Shown: piece by piece, positions 15,147 to 28,400 of the stretch
Layout: each line of letters begins with the position of its first letter
Position numbering within the stretch: the first letter of the stretch is position 1
NCBI GenBank assembly: GCA_050084515.1
Contig: CM114271.1
Location: 36,828,001 to 36,892,000, forward strand
Reading direction: 5' to 3'
DNA length: 64,000 bases
Source: Blasia pusilla
Taxonomy: Eukaryota
The notes under the pieces: generated by a model
What the model saw: the letters and a program-made list of their open reading frames with translations, nothing else
What the model was told of the DNA's origin: nothing
Databases searched by the model: none
Program-made: the position numbers and the translations under genes

Positions 15147-15589
15147 CACTAGAATGATTTCAATCCAAAAACCACTATAATTTAATACTCAATTTAGTTC
15201 TCCCGGACTAATAACACTAACTTATAATTAGAAAACAAGTAGTATCAAATGACTCGTCATATAGGATTTATAGTGTCACAATGACACGTTGGCATAGATT
15301 ATTAACGTTGAGCTGGAAAGTGTACAAGTGGATAGAATCCTAGTCATCAATCTACTGAGTATGACATGGAATTCTTACGATGCTTACGTGGATGTTTGTA
15401 TGGTTCTGACACGTGGTAAAGAATAAGTGGTTGTGGTTGAAGTACAAGTGTGACACGTGGACGAACGTTCTACATGCAGTGTATACAAATATTTCCCGGC
15501 AACTATTTGACACTAAATGTAGTCATTCTAGTCATAGATTTTCTATAGAATCCATTTTAAGTGTTTTATATGAAACTACTTACAATTAT

Positions 15590-15830
15590 CCTGAACCAGT
15601 GGTTATTTCTAGTTGTATCCTTATAACTAAATATAGTTATTCTTTTCAGTGTATAGTTTTGGTATTTGATTAAAAACTAGCGGTTATATCTTGTTCTATA
15701 ATTGAAACTAAATAGTCATTCTTTCTAAATGTACAATTTTGGTATTTGATAAAAAAACTAGTGGTCCTTTCTTTTTGTATAAGTGTAACTAAGTATAGTC
15801 ATTCTTTTTTAGTTCTATAGTGTTTGAATC
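15590..15830. repeat. CACTA subterminal repeats, ~80-bp unit x ~3
   Basis: Recurrent aactaa..tagt(c/t)attcttt...ttttggtatttgat..aaaactag. Confidence 0.75.
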
Positions 15831-16156
15831 TAATTAAAAACTAGTTCTAGTTTCATTACATTATTAAGATTATTTCTTTTATTGTTGTTTGATTGTTTCT
15901 GTACATTGAACAGACTATAGATTTCTTTAGGAATGAATGTCTCACATACACTCATTTCAATACATTGAGTTGTGTGGTTCACATCATTTATCAGAAGCAT
16001 GACATCGAGCAAATCATAATATTTTTAACAGTGAATGCATACAATCATTTGTTCACATCCAATCCAACTTTATTCCATAGAGGATCAACAAAAATGGAAG
16101 ATTTCTTCAACAAGAACAAGATGTAGAGCCATCATGGAAAAAGAAAGGAGCCCTAA

Positions 16157-18960
16157 TTAACTTCGGAGTGAAATCTTCTTCATTGATTTCTCTGGCCATA
16201 AGACGCTAGTGCCAGAAGCATGCTTTAGAAGTGTGTGGGAGGGATCATCTTCCATGTTTGGAAATGGAAGCTCTACATCCCCATCAATGATGGTCAATAC
16301 ATCCACTTTGACAAGTCCCAAAGGAATAATTTTTCTATGACAAGAATCCCTACCAGCAATGCCTGATATGCGTCCAGTGCCTACATGTTCCCAACCTCTT
16401 CGACTCTGTGATAGAAAGATTGTATCTCCTATACTCAACTGCAAAAGCCACACAATGCAATGAATCAACCCATAAGAAATCACCTTAAGCATATACATAG
16501 GTAGATAAAGCATTTTTTTACTGTCAATCTGAAAATTGTACCTTCATGAAACTCCAAGCAGGGCTTGCAATGTTGGATGTATAGCTCACTTGCTGCAATC
16601 AATTAAGTCATCAACGCGGAAATTGAACCACAAGTTCTTTTAGTACTGCAATCTTATTGAATCAAACTAAAAATCTAAGATCATACAAAGGTTCAGATCA
16701 TGTAGAGTTACAGAATTGACTCACCATATTTCTTTCTTTCCTCTCGAGAAGCGTTCAACCCTTCCTCGTGGGCTTGCTTTTTTGCTTCAATTCTTTTTCC
16801 TTTTTTTTTTATCCCCAACAAGGTTTTGAAGTGGCTCCACAACCATTCTGGATTCTTGTTGAGAATCTTTAGGGGCAGCAAGCACGGATTCACGAGTCTC
16901 CTCCATGCCAATAGAGACACATTGTACATTCTTGGGCACAGGGATAACTTCATGAGGTTTTTGTAGAGTAGAGATAGGCATAGTATCTTGTCTCTCTATA
17001 AGATTCTTAAGTGAAGAAGATGCTTGAACTTCAATAGATCCGATGTTCTCACCGAGAGGATCAAGAATAGAATTTGAAATTTTTGGGATCACAACAACCT
17101 CAGGGATCTCAACTGGTGATGGAGGAGGTGGTGTATTGTTTTGTCCCTTACTTACCATACCCTTTAGTTCTGTCATCATTCCCATCAAGATTTCCATGCT
17201 TTATTAAAGACCACCCAAGTCCTTTTCCACCACTTGTATCTTATCCGTCAAGGTGGATAAACTACTCTAAGAAACAATACCAACATACAAGTGAGATATT
17301 TTCTGGTAAGAAAAAATGGATGAAGATACAATTTTAGGTCATATGACCAACTTCTAAGTTCACTTTACTGCAAGCTAATTCACCATACTATGCTAAAGAA
17401 ACTTCTGTTTCTGTAGTTTCACTTTACATAAGGCCAATTTTGAATATTATGCCAAGACAACTTCTGAATTTGTAAGAGAAATTTACAACAAGCCAATTTT
17501 GAATATCATACAGCAAGACAACTTTTGAAATTGTAAGAGAATTTTACAACAAGCCAATTTCGAATACCATACAACAATTCAACTTCTGAAAGTGTAGCAA
17601 CGTCTTGCAGCAAGCCAATTAAGAATACTATGCCAAGACAACTTCTGTTTTTTTGTAACATAATTATCAAGAAGGTCACATATTAGCTTACCTTATTAAC
17701 AGTTGCTTGGCTTGGGGATGCTTTTACTACATCCAAAGACTCCTCAAAGTCTTGTAGTGATGGACTTCTCCCGCCCATCTCTTTCCGCTACATTCCATCA
17801 AATCAGGTTAGGATTGCAATTTAAGCTTTAGATATCTATAAGATTTAGAAACACAATATAAACTTGCTTGAAGAGATACTGAGAACAAAAGCACGAGTTT
17901 ACCAAATTGTGCTTTGCTCCTACATAACCACGCCTTCCATTGGGATTGGGATTCTCCACCTTTGAGCGATTGGCCTTCATGACGCTTAGATTTGTTTTCT
18001 CCTTCGGGAGACAACCAATATGATTTCAAACTTTCCCAACTCTTAGGATTCACATCCGGAGGAGAGGGGCATTCAGGAGAACACCCTACCTCTATCCACA
18101 TCCTCTTCAATCGAGCCCTCTCTCTCTTCATTAGTTCTTGGAGAGAGTTTCGCCAAAATTTCTCACTAAGTTCACCCCCCGTGTATTCATAGTGGGCATC
18201 AACATCCCTACGCACAACTTTTAAATTTGTATATGTTTGTTTAGCAACATCAACAATGCTGATGTCTAAGTGTCGATGCACTGCAACCTTTACTTCATCG
18301 TACCAACTACTTTTTCCGTCACAACCATATACTATCTCACCCTCTGTTGTAACCTCAACCAAGATTTTTAGCCCTGCTCGCTCTCGAATCTTGTTGGCCG
18401 CCTTCCATGCATTATAATCCTCCTTTCTCTTAATCCGTTTAAGAGATGATTCTACACCAACAATTTCCCACTTCTACACTTTAGAAAAATCAGAATCCCT
18501 CTCCTTACTACATGGTCCAATCAGACATAATATGACCCCATTAATACAGTGACTTATCTTACCAAGTGGACCAGGTTGGTGATCAGTTGGTGGAACCTGT
18601 GGGGCAAGGCCAGGATTTGGGGCAAAGAAATGTCCACCAAAGAAGCCAGGTGGTTGGCCCCATCCAGGAGGAATAGAACCTGCATGCCATACTTCAATAT
18701 GCATCAACAATATGCTTATAAGGGCTCATGGAGCCTGCAAAAAATGACCCCTTGTTCAAACTTCTAACTTCGTGAAACATTATGGCAGGTGTTTAGGATC
18801 CTTTTGAGTACCTGACATGGCCGAAGGCCATTGTGTGGGCATCTGGAACCATGGGTACATCCCAGGAATCGGCCATTGTAGGACTCCAGGAAGATGGGAA
18901 AGTGGATTCTTCTCACTTTCTTTTTGCTCCATTGCCCTCCTCTCTGAACTTTCTGCACAA
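16157..18960 (-). pseudogene. CACTA TnpA-like multi-exon gene, disrupted
   Basis: Ptta/En/Spm-type segment PPDVNPKSWESLKSYWLSPEGENKSKR (ORF 17808-18362) and Tnp1-type C-terminal domain VGTGRI...CHRKIIPLGLVKVDV...ELPFPN...SVLWP (ORF 16157-16513). Frameshifts present. Confidence 0.75.
17345..17650. repeat. Imperfect ~60-bp tandem repeat x ~5, in a TnpA intron
   Basis: Unit approximately aagccaattttgaatat...caagacaacttctgaa.ttgtaagagaa.tttacaac. Confidence 0.85.
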
Positions 18961-19108
18961 TAACCAGCGATGACAAACTTTAAAAAAACCAACACCTTCC
19001 ATTAACTACAAAAGGTAGTTATTTCTTGCCTGGACAAATAATTTGATTCGATACAAATAGAAAGGCTAGAAGGAAACTAGATGGAAAGAATTTACATAAC
19101 ACTGGTAC

Positions 19109-21960
19109 TTACTCCAACCCTACTGTGAAACATTCACTATTGTGGAGCACATATGCATGTGCCACTTTAAGAATTTCAGAGCTCATTTGATGCTTGGTCC
19201 CGGCACCTTCTAACACCTTGCCAATAACTCCTTCATCCTCGCTCGCATCCCAAACTCTTGTTCGTATGACATCATAGTTTTGCATGTATTCGGTGATGAA
19301 ACCAAGAGCTTCATCAAGTAGATATCCTTCGGCCATACAACCTTCTGGTCTAGCACGTGATCTGGCATAATTCTTCAATACACCCAAATATCTCTCCATA
19401 GAGTACATCCACCGACATGGAACAGGGCCACAAATATCAAGCTCTTCAACCAAATGGACAAGGAGGTGAGTCATCACGTCAAAGAAGGAAGGGGGAAAGT
19501 GTATCTCCATGAGGCAAAACGTGGTAGAAACGTCTTCTTTTAAGGATTCAAAATCCTCAGGGTTGTATGTCTTCAGACAAAGGCGTCGGAAAATTCTGGA
19601 GATGCGCATGATAGTCATCCTGACTGGGCTTTTCAGGAGTCCACGCAAAAAGAATGGTAAGAGTTGTTGCATAAAAATATGATGGTCATGGGACTTAAGT
19701 GCACACACATTCTTCCGTAGAAGATGTTTCTGTAAAGCGCCAGCATAACCGCTATGAACTTTTAGACTTTGTACCCTAGCGTCAAATATCTTAACCTCCT
19801 CAGGGATAAGCACGTAATCTGCCTTTGGTTTTAACTTGACGGATGATCTACTAGGATGCGCTTGAAGCCACAAGTGACGTCTAATTCCCCTAACCTCCAT
19901 GTCTTGCCTAACTTGAACCGAGTCCTTGTTTTTCATACCAAACAAGGTTTTCAACATATTGTCCGCAACATTTTTTTCACAATGCATAATATCAAGGGTA
20001 TGACGGATCAATAAATCCTAAAAATTTATCAAGAAGGAATAGTGTGAATTTCGGGTTCATCCATGCACTCAACAAAGAAACCAGTAGGTGATCAAACCAA
20101 CAAAATTACCACAATAAATGGAAAGTGTGGAAAAGTATGAAAAAATGCAAACATCTTCAATAGGTTTTACTCACCTTCCAATAAGGCAGCTCGAATAGAA
20201 TGCTCTTTCGTTGAACCCCATACACTTTGTAGGGATCAACCAGAACCTGCTCACCCCTCTTGTGCCTAGGTCTTGGCGTTTCATCAAATATCTTCTTCAT
20301 TTCAGCCCATCTCAATATGTCATGACTGGTCACGCGCTTGGGCGTTGGATGATTTTCAACCTGTCGATTGAAAAGATGCGCAAATTGGATCTTCCTGTAA
20401 GGATAATTCCTATCTTTATACCGCCGGTGGCCTTGAAATGTTGGCTTATGCAAAGGTTTAGAATAATATGAATATACTTGTGGTTCACATACCACGCATG
20501 CCATTTTTCCCTTGGTACGTTGGCCAGAGACCACACCTAGCCCAGGATAGTCACTAAAAGTCCATATGATCATGGCTCTAAGAAGGAACTTATCTTGGCC
20601 TTCAGGAAGAGAACTATCATATGCAACAACTCCTTTGCAAAGTAGTTGAAACTGGTTTACAAGTGGAGCTAAATACACATCTAAGTTATGAGAAGATACT
20701 GACTCCTTACCATGAATGATCAAAGCCAATTGGAGAAAGAATTTCTTTGTACACAACCATGGTGGAAGATTGTAGTTCACCAAAATAATAGGCCAAGTTG
20801 ACCAAACTGAACTCTTGTCCCTAAAAGGATTTACTTGATCTAAAGCGAGCCCTAATCGACAATTACGAGGCTCGTTCATGAACTCTGGCCAACGCTCATT
20901 TATATCTTTCCCACTGTCAACAATCTCCAGCATGACGCACTTTACCATCGCTACTTTTGTTTTCTGATGTCCATTTCATTAGTTCGGCTATGGTCTTACA
21001 TCTATACATACGTTGTAGCCGTGGGATAATTGGAAAGTGTCTGAGAACCTTTACAACAATCTTTGTTTTCCCTTGCACCTTATATCGAGGGGAGTTGCAC
21101 TTTGAGCAATTCAACAAGTCCTTATGCTCTCCATTGAAGAGCATACAACCATTGGGACAACAATGAATTTGAATATAATTCAAACCCAACTTATTGATCA
21201 ATGTTTTGGCATCATAGTGGTTTCTTGGAACCACATTCTCATTGGGCATGACTTGCACTGCCAGGAATTTTAGGATCTCATCCACAGCAATATTTGAGAC
21301 ATTGTGAGTACCACATATGTTTAAGAACAACATGGTGAATGCAAGTTTGCTAGTTTTAGAACCCGTAAATAAGGGTTGACAAGCATCCCTTAACACCTTA
21401 GACTGTGTAGCCCATTCCTCCTCACCACATCCCCTTTCAAATTCGTCTAATCCTATCTCAAATGGCACTTGATCCTCATCTTTGATTCTAGCATCTACTT
21501 GTATCTCTGTTGGCACATCTTGGACTTGTCCTATGTCAAAGGTATGGAAAGCCTCGTTGATCATCCTATGGATATCTAACGTTTGGTCAATTTCCAATGG
21601 TGGATCACTACATGACTGATTTAAATAAGTTATAACATCACTATGATCTAGAGTAACGTGATTATCACCATGATGGGCTTCATTTGATTTCCCCTCCTCA
21701 TCTGATGAATCATAATCATCAGGATTTACCCAGATTCGTTTGGGAGGATATCTCTTATTTTTAATGAGGTGCTTTTCTACGATGTGTACTAATCTCAATT
21801 TTATCCCTGTGCATTCACTACACGGGCACCTTAGTTTCTTCAACCCAAGAACTCTTGCTGCTTCCTTCTCTCTACGCCAGATCTTTTCGTCATGGGAAGC
21901 GATTCTCCCAACATCACTTAGACCTGGCCTAGCTCTTTTAAATTGCCCCGTTCTCTGCAT
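19109..21960 (-). pseudogene. CACTA TnpD/TNP2 transposase, frameshifted near 20920, intron ~20020-20175
   Basis: Transposase-associated domain (LRCPCSEC...HL), IHCCPNGCMLF...CSKCNSPRY, KVLRHFPIIPRLQRMY; Transposase_21 (EPRNCRLGLALDQVNPF...STWPIILVNYNLPPW); DUF4218-type (LDIMHCEKN, LKSHDHH, FPPSFFDVMTHLLVHL, RWMYSMER, RARPEGCMAEGY). Confidence 0.93.
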
Positions 21961-22049
21961 TCTAATAGACCAAACAATATGTGTGAAAATGGGCTACATA
22001 ACGACCGCAGTGTATCACCATGGCAAGATGGTGCCATAAATTATCTGCA

Positions 22050-23642
22050 AGTAAAGAAAGGGAAAACTGTTCACAAAGAAAAGGATGATGGTAGTGAGGA
22101 AGATGTCAGTCACGGCAGGAGAAGAGAACGTGGACCCGTTTCTTCCAAATTTCAAGGTCGGCTCCTAGCCATGACCGGCATAGCAAGCCCGACCTTCACG
22201 ATTCAAGGCGATCAACATCTAGTCATCATGGCCGCAACTATCAGGTTCAAGCTCCGCACGCCAGTCGTGATTCTTACGGTGATGCCCGACGCAATGGAGA
22301 TTACGATCATCCGGCACGCAGCAGACACAGTCCCGATAGAGGATACATGGACCGGGATAGAGAGAGGGACAGAGAAAGAGATAGAGAACGAGAAAGGGAA
22401 CGAGAAAGAGGAAGAGAAAGGGAAAGAAGGAACAGGGATCGAGAAAGAGATACTGAATTGGCGGCCAAAGGTAAAATTGGAGTTAGGGAGTCTAACATTG
22501 ACAAAGATATGGGCAGGGAAGGGACAATTGAGAGAGATAAGAGCAGGGAAAGAGAACGTGAAAAAGGAAGAGAACAAGGCAGGAGCAGGTTGGAAGGGAG
22601 GGACTTCTTTGACAAGGATACGGACCTGGAGAGGAGGAATGGAGGTGGTCGGAGCAGAGACGGCTACAGAGATAGAGATAGAGATAGAGACAGGGACAAT
22701 GAAAGGAACAGAAGTAGGTACACCTCTAGAGATTCCAGCAATCACAAAGAGATGGATTCCCGGGAGATGGACAGAGGGAGGAGCAAAGACAAAGAGAGAG
22801 GGAGAGTCAAATTCCAATCCAAAGCGGGAGCTAAAAGTTATCCATACTTGGATGGAGAAGAGAAGGATGTGATTCGTGACAAAGAGAAAGAACGAGAGAA
22901 AACTGGAGACAAGCCTTCATGCAAAGAAATCCTTGTCGACAACAATTTAGATATGGAGAAGGAAAATAATCGGACCAAGAACAGAGATTCCGGTAGAGAT
23001 AGAGAGAGAGAGGGGGCTGGCGACCGAGGAATTTGAGAGCGCAGTGTCTCAGACTTAGACAAAGATAAGGCCTCGAGAGATTGGGATGACAACAAGGGTC
23101 AAGATCGCCGGAAAGGACAGGATCGGTACTCTGAGGGGGTTGATCGAGAGCAGAAATTGAAAGACATTAAAGATATTGTCGGGCCTAAAGATGGGAATGA
23201 ACAGAAGGAACAAGATGGTCCTAGGGACAAAGTTGAATGTAGAGACAAAGATCTGCATATTGAGAAAGATGAGTTGGGAACCGCTAGTGAGCTCTCTAAA
23301 GTCAAGTATCGGCAGGAGAAGATCAGCAGCGGGAACAAAGTGAAAGATGGGGGAAATAGTGTTCCAAAGGATAGAGTTCAAGGGAGTGACAGACGATCCG
23401 GGGAAAGACAACGTGACAATGAAAAGATTCCGCATAGTCATGTTGTGGCAAATGATCACGGAGTGAAAAGGAGCCAACAGAGCACGAAGGAGTGTGATGG
23501 TGATGGAAACTCAAAGCTAGAGACGAGGGATGGAGAAAGTAGAAGCGATTGGAAGGTCAGCAAGGGAGATGTGGAGAGTGCAGGGCAGGGGGCAGGTTTA
23601 TATGGTTTGGCTAATGATTCAGAAGTTGCAAAGTTCATGTAA
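22050..23642 (+). pseudogene. Arg/Asp/Glu-rich low-complexity coding-like segment inside the CACTA element, antisense to the transposase
   Basis: Successive frames (22347-23036, 23157-23642 and in-frame upstream sequence) read ...RSRHSPDRGYMDRDRERDRERDRERERE...; broken by a few stops or frameshifts. Confidence 0.5.
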
Positions 23643-23863
23643 TAATAAAGTTACAAAAAGAGTCAAAGTGGGATCCTCAGGCATCAGATTCTGCCATTGT
23701 AGAATCTACCATGGCACGAGCCTTTAGAACATCACACGCAATTGCATTCAGTTCTTATGCTCGAGGTTATGATTTCAGGATAGGAAGTTCCTCGGACTCG
23801 ATTACAAGAGGCGTGAAAACGACCACCATTTCTGAAGCATCGGAGGATTGGCGGCTAGTCCTA

Positions 23864-24019
<156 letters not shown>

Positions 24020-25051
24020 ATATCGAGCCGTCGTGAGAACAGATAATGTCAAATAACTTTGACATCCGTAAGCCTTCCAAAGGTCGGGCGGACGGTAGTA
24101 TTTGTAAGTAGCGTTCTTGAGTTGTGCACCTCGGAGTAGAGTAAGAGAGGAGAGAGAAGAAGGAAGGAAGGAGGTAAGTAAGGGCTTTGCAGTGCATGGC
24201 CCGTAGTCCAAACCAAATAATAATCCAACTCACGCAATATGGTTTCTCTCTCCCTGACGGGGAGGAGTTGGAAAGATGCATGAGGTGTCCTTCCACCTCC
24301 CAGCTCGGGAGAGAAAGTGATCAAATGTGTAGAAAAGAAAAATGGGTAAAAGAGAGAAAGTGCACCTTCAAGACTCAGGACCCGAGGGATCATTTCCAAT
24401 CTTTGAGGGCTCGACCGGTGGTTGGATGCATATCCTTTCTTTACAAAAAGAGAAATGTGCTACACCTCTCCTTCCCCAAATACGCACTTCGTGCTTATGG
24501 CATGCATTGGCAGCTAAAGGCCCTTCGTCCCACCCATTCAAAAGCTTTGATGCGACCTTTCTAGCCGGAGTCACAGATGCGGTAGATATTTCTTCCTTGC
24601 GCTCTTCCTAGCCCGAGTCAGAGATGCTTTCTTTGCCCTTTCTTCGTGATGATATCTACTTATCCACGGATGAATCCACACTCTTCAGAAAATAGATACA
24701 GATTGAGGATCGATGCTATCATCTCGAGTTCTTAAACTTCCAACTTAGATTTTTCTCAAACTTTCAACCTAAAGCATATGCGCGGCCGCGGGACGTGAGC
24801 TCCAAGAGTGTGGGAAAGTACTAGGAGTGCGAGAAAGTACTTAGCGTCTCACAACTCAAAAAGAGGGTCTAAACAAACTGATGTGGCTTTATTTTATTAG
24901 GATCTTATTTGCCAACTTGGCAATAATTTTAATGTACCAACTATTTTTAAAATTAGATGGAAGTTTTTTTAATCCTACCAGTTCTAATCTCGTCTTATTT
25001 TTACATGTCATGTTATGAATTAAATTTTAATTTTAATTAATTCATAAGAAA

Positions 25052-25452
25052 TGCCATGTCTAAGTCCTTTTCGCAGTAATCTAGTCTTTCCTAATGACAT
25101 GCCATTAATTTATAGTAATTATATTAAAAATTTAATTAAATAATAAATTTCCATGTCATATCCTCTAGTCATTTTTAGTAACTAATTAATACTATAGTAT
25201 GCCACCTAGACCTCTCTAGTTACATGTAGTTGTATTGGACTTCAATTGTAAGCGACTAACAAGCCATGTCCACGTCCTTTATGCACTAATCTAGTCATTT
25301 ATAATAACATGTCATTACTTTATAATACTTATTTTTTAAAATATTCTAAAAATCTAGAAAGAAAATTCCATGTCATGTTCTCTGTCATTCTCAGTAACTA
25401 ATTAATACTATATTTTGCCATCTATGACTCTTTAGTAACATGTAGTTGTATT
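25052..25452. repeat. CACTA subterminal direct duplication, ~200 bp x2
   Basis: gccatgtc...taatctagtc...ttccatgtcat...agtaactaattaatactata...acatgtagttgtatt at ~25052-25236 and ~25263-25452. Confidence 0.85.
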
Positions 25453-28400
25453 TTAGTTGTAAGTGACTTAGTGCTAAATTCGCTATATTCCTTCTAGTGA
25501 AATCACAAGCCACGACCGGAAAGTATCACATCACAAAAAGATCTCATAGTATATCCGACCCTTGCTACCACATCAACATGTCTTGCCATGTGCAAACCTT
25601 TACCATGCAGCTACTCAATCACATCCAAACTAGTTGGATTGCAAATATGTTCGACGATGTAGACTGGATTACTCTATCTTTTCGATATCACGTTTTATCC
25701 TCTCGACCTTGTATGCTGCTCTTCTACATTTTATTCCTCATTGACCAACCTAGCACTGCGCCAACTCTGAGCTACCTCCTTCCACTCTTGAGCTCCCGTT
25801 TGTATGTATATAGTAGGCTTATACAAAATTGCTAAAGAAGCATGATTGATGGTATACCACTCACACACATACATCACGATGGAGAATGGAATTTTGGAAT
25901 TTGGAATGAGTGGGGGTTGATCCCTTTCTCAATTATATAGGATATATACAAGAAACCCTTATCCTAACCATGGTCTCAAATTATTCTAATTATGGTTTAC
26001 TAACCTTAGATAAGATAATCGTGCTTAATTAACTAACCAAGATTAACCTTTCATATTTCGTGTGAGTTATAGATATAGTAGTTGGTATGTCCATGAGCTT
26101 GATTATAATTCAATCTTCAATACTCTCTCTTAAGCTGCTATCAATGTCTCTAACACGTAAATCATTCATCAACGTCTTAAACTTATCTCTAGACAATGCC
26201 TTAAAAAATATCAGTAATTTATTGATTTCACTAGAAGAAATATTGGTTTTTAGGCCTACAATAAATGACTAGGTCGAGTAATTATTCATTGTAAATAATT
26301 CACAATTACTAATGACCATTAGAATCATGTAAATCAAGTCATTTGTAGAAAATGAACAAGGACATCCAATCGGTAAATGACTATAGTTGTTAATTACTCA
26401 ACCATTAATATATGTGTAATGTACCGTGTGTGAGTGCCACGTCATAATGCCACCTCTGCGTATAACATGGCAAGAAGATGATATTATAATTACCAATGAA
26501 CGACACGTGTATGAAATGACCCAATCATACCTACACTTTCCATTTCATTACATGACATGGCATGATGAGTATGATTTGAATAATAAATCGTATGTAACCA
26601 CATAGCACCATGCGAGAAACAATTTTGTCATGAAATAATCGTATAATGAGATGTGTTAATAGATTATCTCTAGCGCTTGTAGCATGTGTTAGAAATGACT
26701 CTGTCATAAAGAGTACTAGATCAATCATATTTTATGACTTGTTGGGTCATTACATATGACCATATGAGTCATTAAAAAATCTTATGAGTAACTAGGTGTG
26801 ACTCTAAATGACTAGAGACGTTGATTACATTAGTCATTTACACGACTACATCAATCATTTCTAATTAATGGATTTGATATCGTCGTGATTGCATTAGTTA
26901 TATCGACGACTAGATCAGTTATATAATTAGTGAATCGGTATTGTATTGACTTTACTAGTCAATTAATAACTCCACAAAATATGATTGGATTTGTCATGTC
27001 CGTGCCTACATGAGTCATATATAACTACTAATTCAAATATCATCTTGACTCTATTAGTCGTTTAAAACGACTAAGTTAGTCATATTAAATTACATCACTC
27101 AACAATGCAACTATTGTGAATTTTTTTATTGAATATATCAGTCATGTTAAGAACAATATTGACATTTTACTATTCCTCTAATAGCGCGATGACTATAATA
27201 GTCATTATTGTCTTCGAATGAGCCAAACACAAAGGTGTGGGTGGATGTTCTTATCTTAATACGATGAGATGTATGCAACAGTAAAAAATAATCAAGGTGA
27301 ATTAGAGTGCATAAACAAGTCATAATAGTGAAGATGAACTTCAAGGATGTGTTGTGGGATTTTGTAGATGCATAGCTCACTTATTGTGAATGCAAAATAC
27401 AACACAATCATGCATTCTATACTTTATATTACTAGAATATTGAAGAAGCATTGTAAATAAGAGTCAAAATCTCTTCAACGTGGAAAATAGGAAAATAGAT
27501 AATGAATGAAAATAACGGACACAAGTTAAAAGAAGGGTATGATGTAGTCATTATGCCATCTCTAAATTCTCTAGAAGTCACCAAAATCAGAGTTCCTCAT
27601 CAGCTAGCTTTTTTTAGACTTACCTATGGCCAAATGATAGCATTTCCAAGTGTGAGTTGAGCAGGTTTATCCATTGTGTTTGGCTACCATAGTTGGTAAT
27701 TAGGTTTGGTTGTATCCTCTATGTCCATCTTGATAGAACCGCAACCAATATCCTTCCCATGGAACTTTGTCTATGGTACTCAAGCGTGAAACTACTCTAT
27801 GACCCAATATCTTTCAGTTGAGCTTGATTACATAAGGTGTAGTTCATATCCCAAACGCAACTACATACATGCCAATTCAAAAGAGTAGATTAAATGCCAA
27901 TAGAAGAACGTAATAATAGTTGATAAACTATTATAACCACATTCATTATCTTTTTAACTCCATCCCGTATTATTTTCATTCAATCTATTTACTTGGTTAG
28001 GTAGAAGAATTTGAGAATGAAAACACACATGCATGTTGAGTGTTTTTACATGTCCATTAAGAACATATTAACTATACTTGCAAACTACGGAAAGCTTTAA
28101 TATTTACCCTTTTATTCTTGGTGTTGATGACTTTTAGATCACACTTTGACATACTACCCACACTCCCAACCAACTTAGTGACTACCTTATCCTTCTTCTT
28201 CAGTTTTGGCGAAGCATATATGTCCATTATTATTTCACTTATACAACAAACAACTTGTATAATAATATTAAATTATACAATATATTCTCACAATCTCCAC
28301 ATGTTTCGAGGGCGGTTTACATAGTTTGATATTTGTACATATCAACAAGAACAAATGAAGTAGATAATTCATGGAATCAAAATATGAAGTGGTAGAGAGA

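Noticed and set aside
17345-17650. Regularly spaced repeats as a CRISPR-like array
   Set aside because: The whole unit is repeated and degenerate, with no unique spacers; eukaryotic transposon intron.
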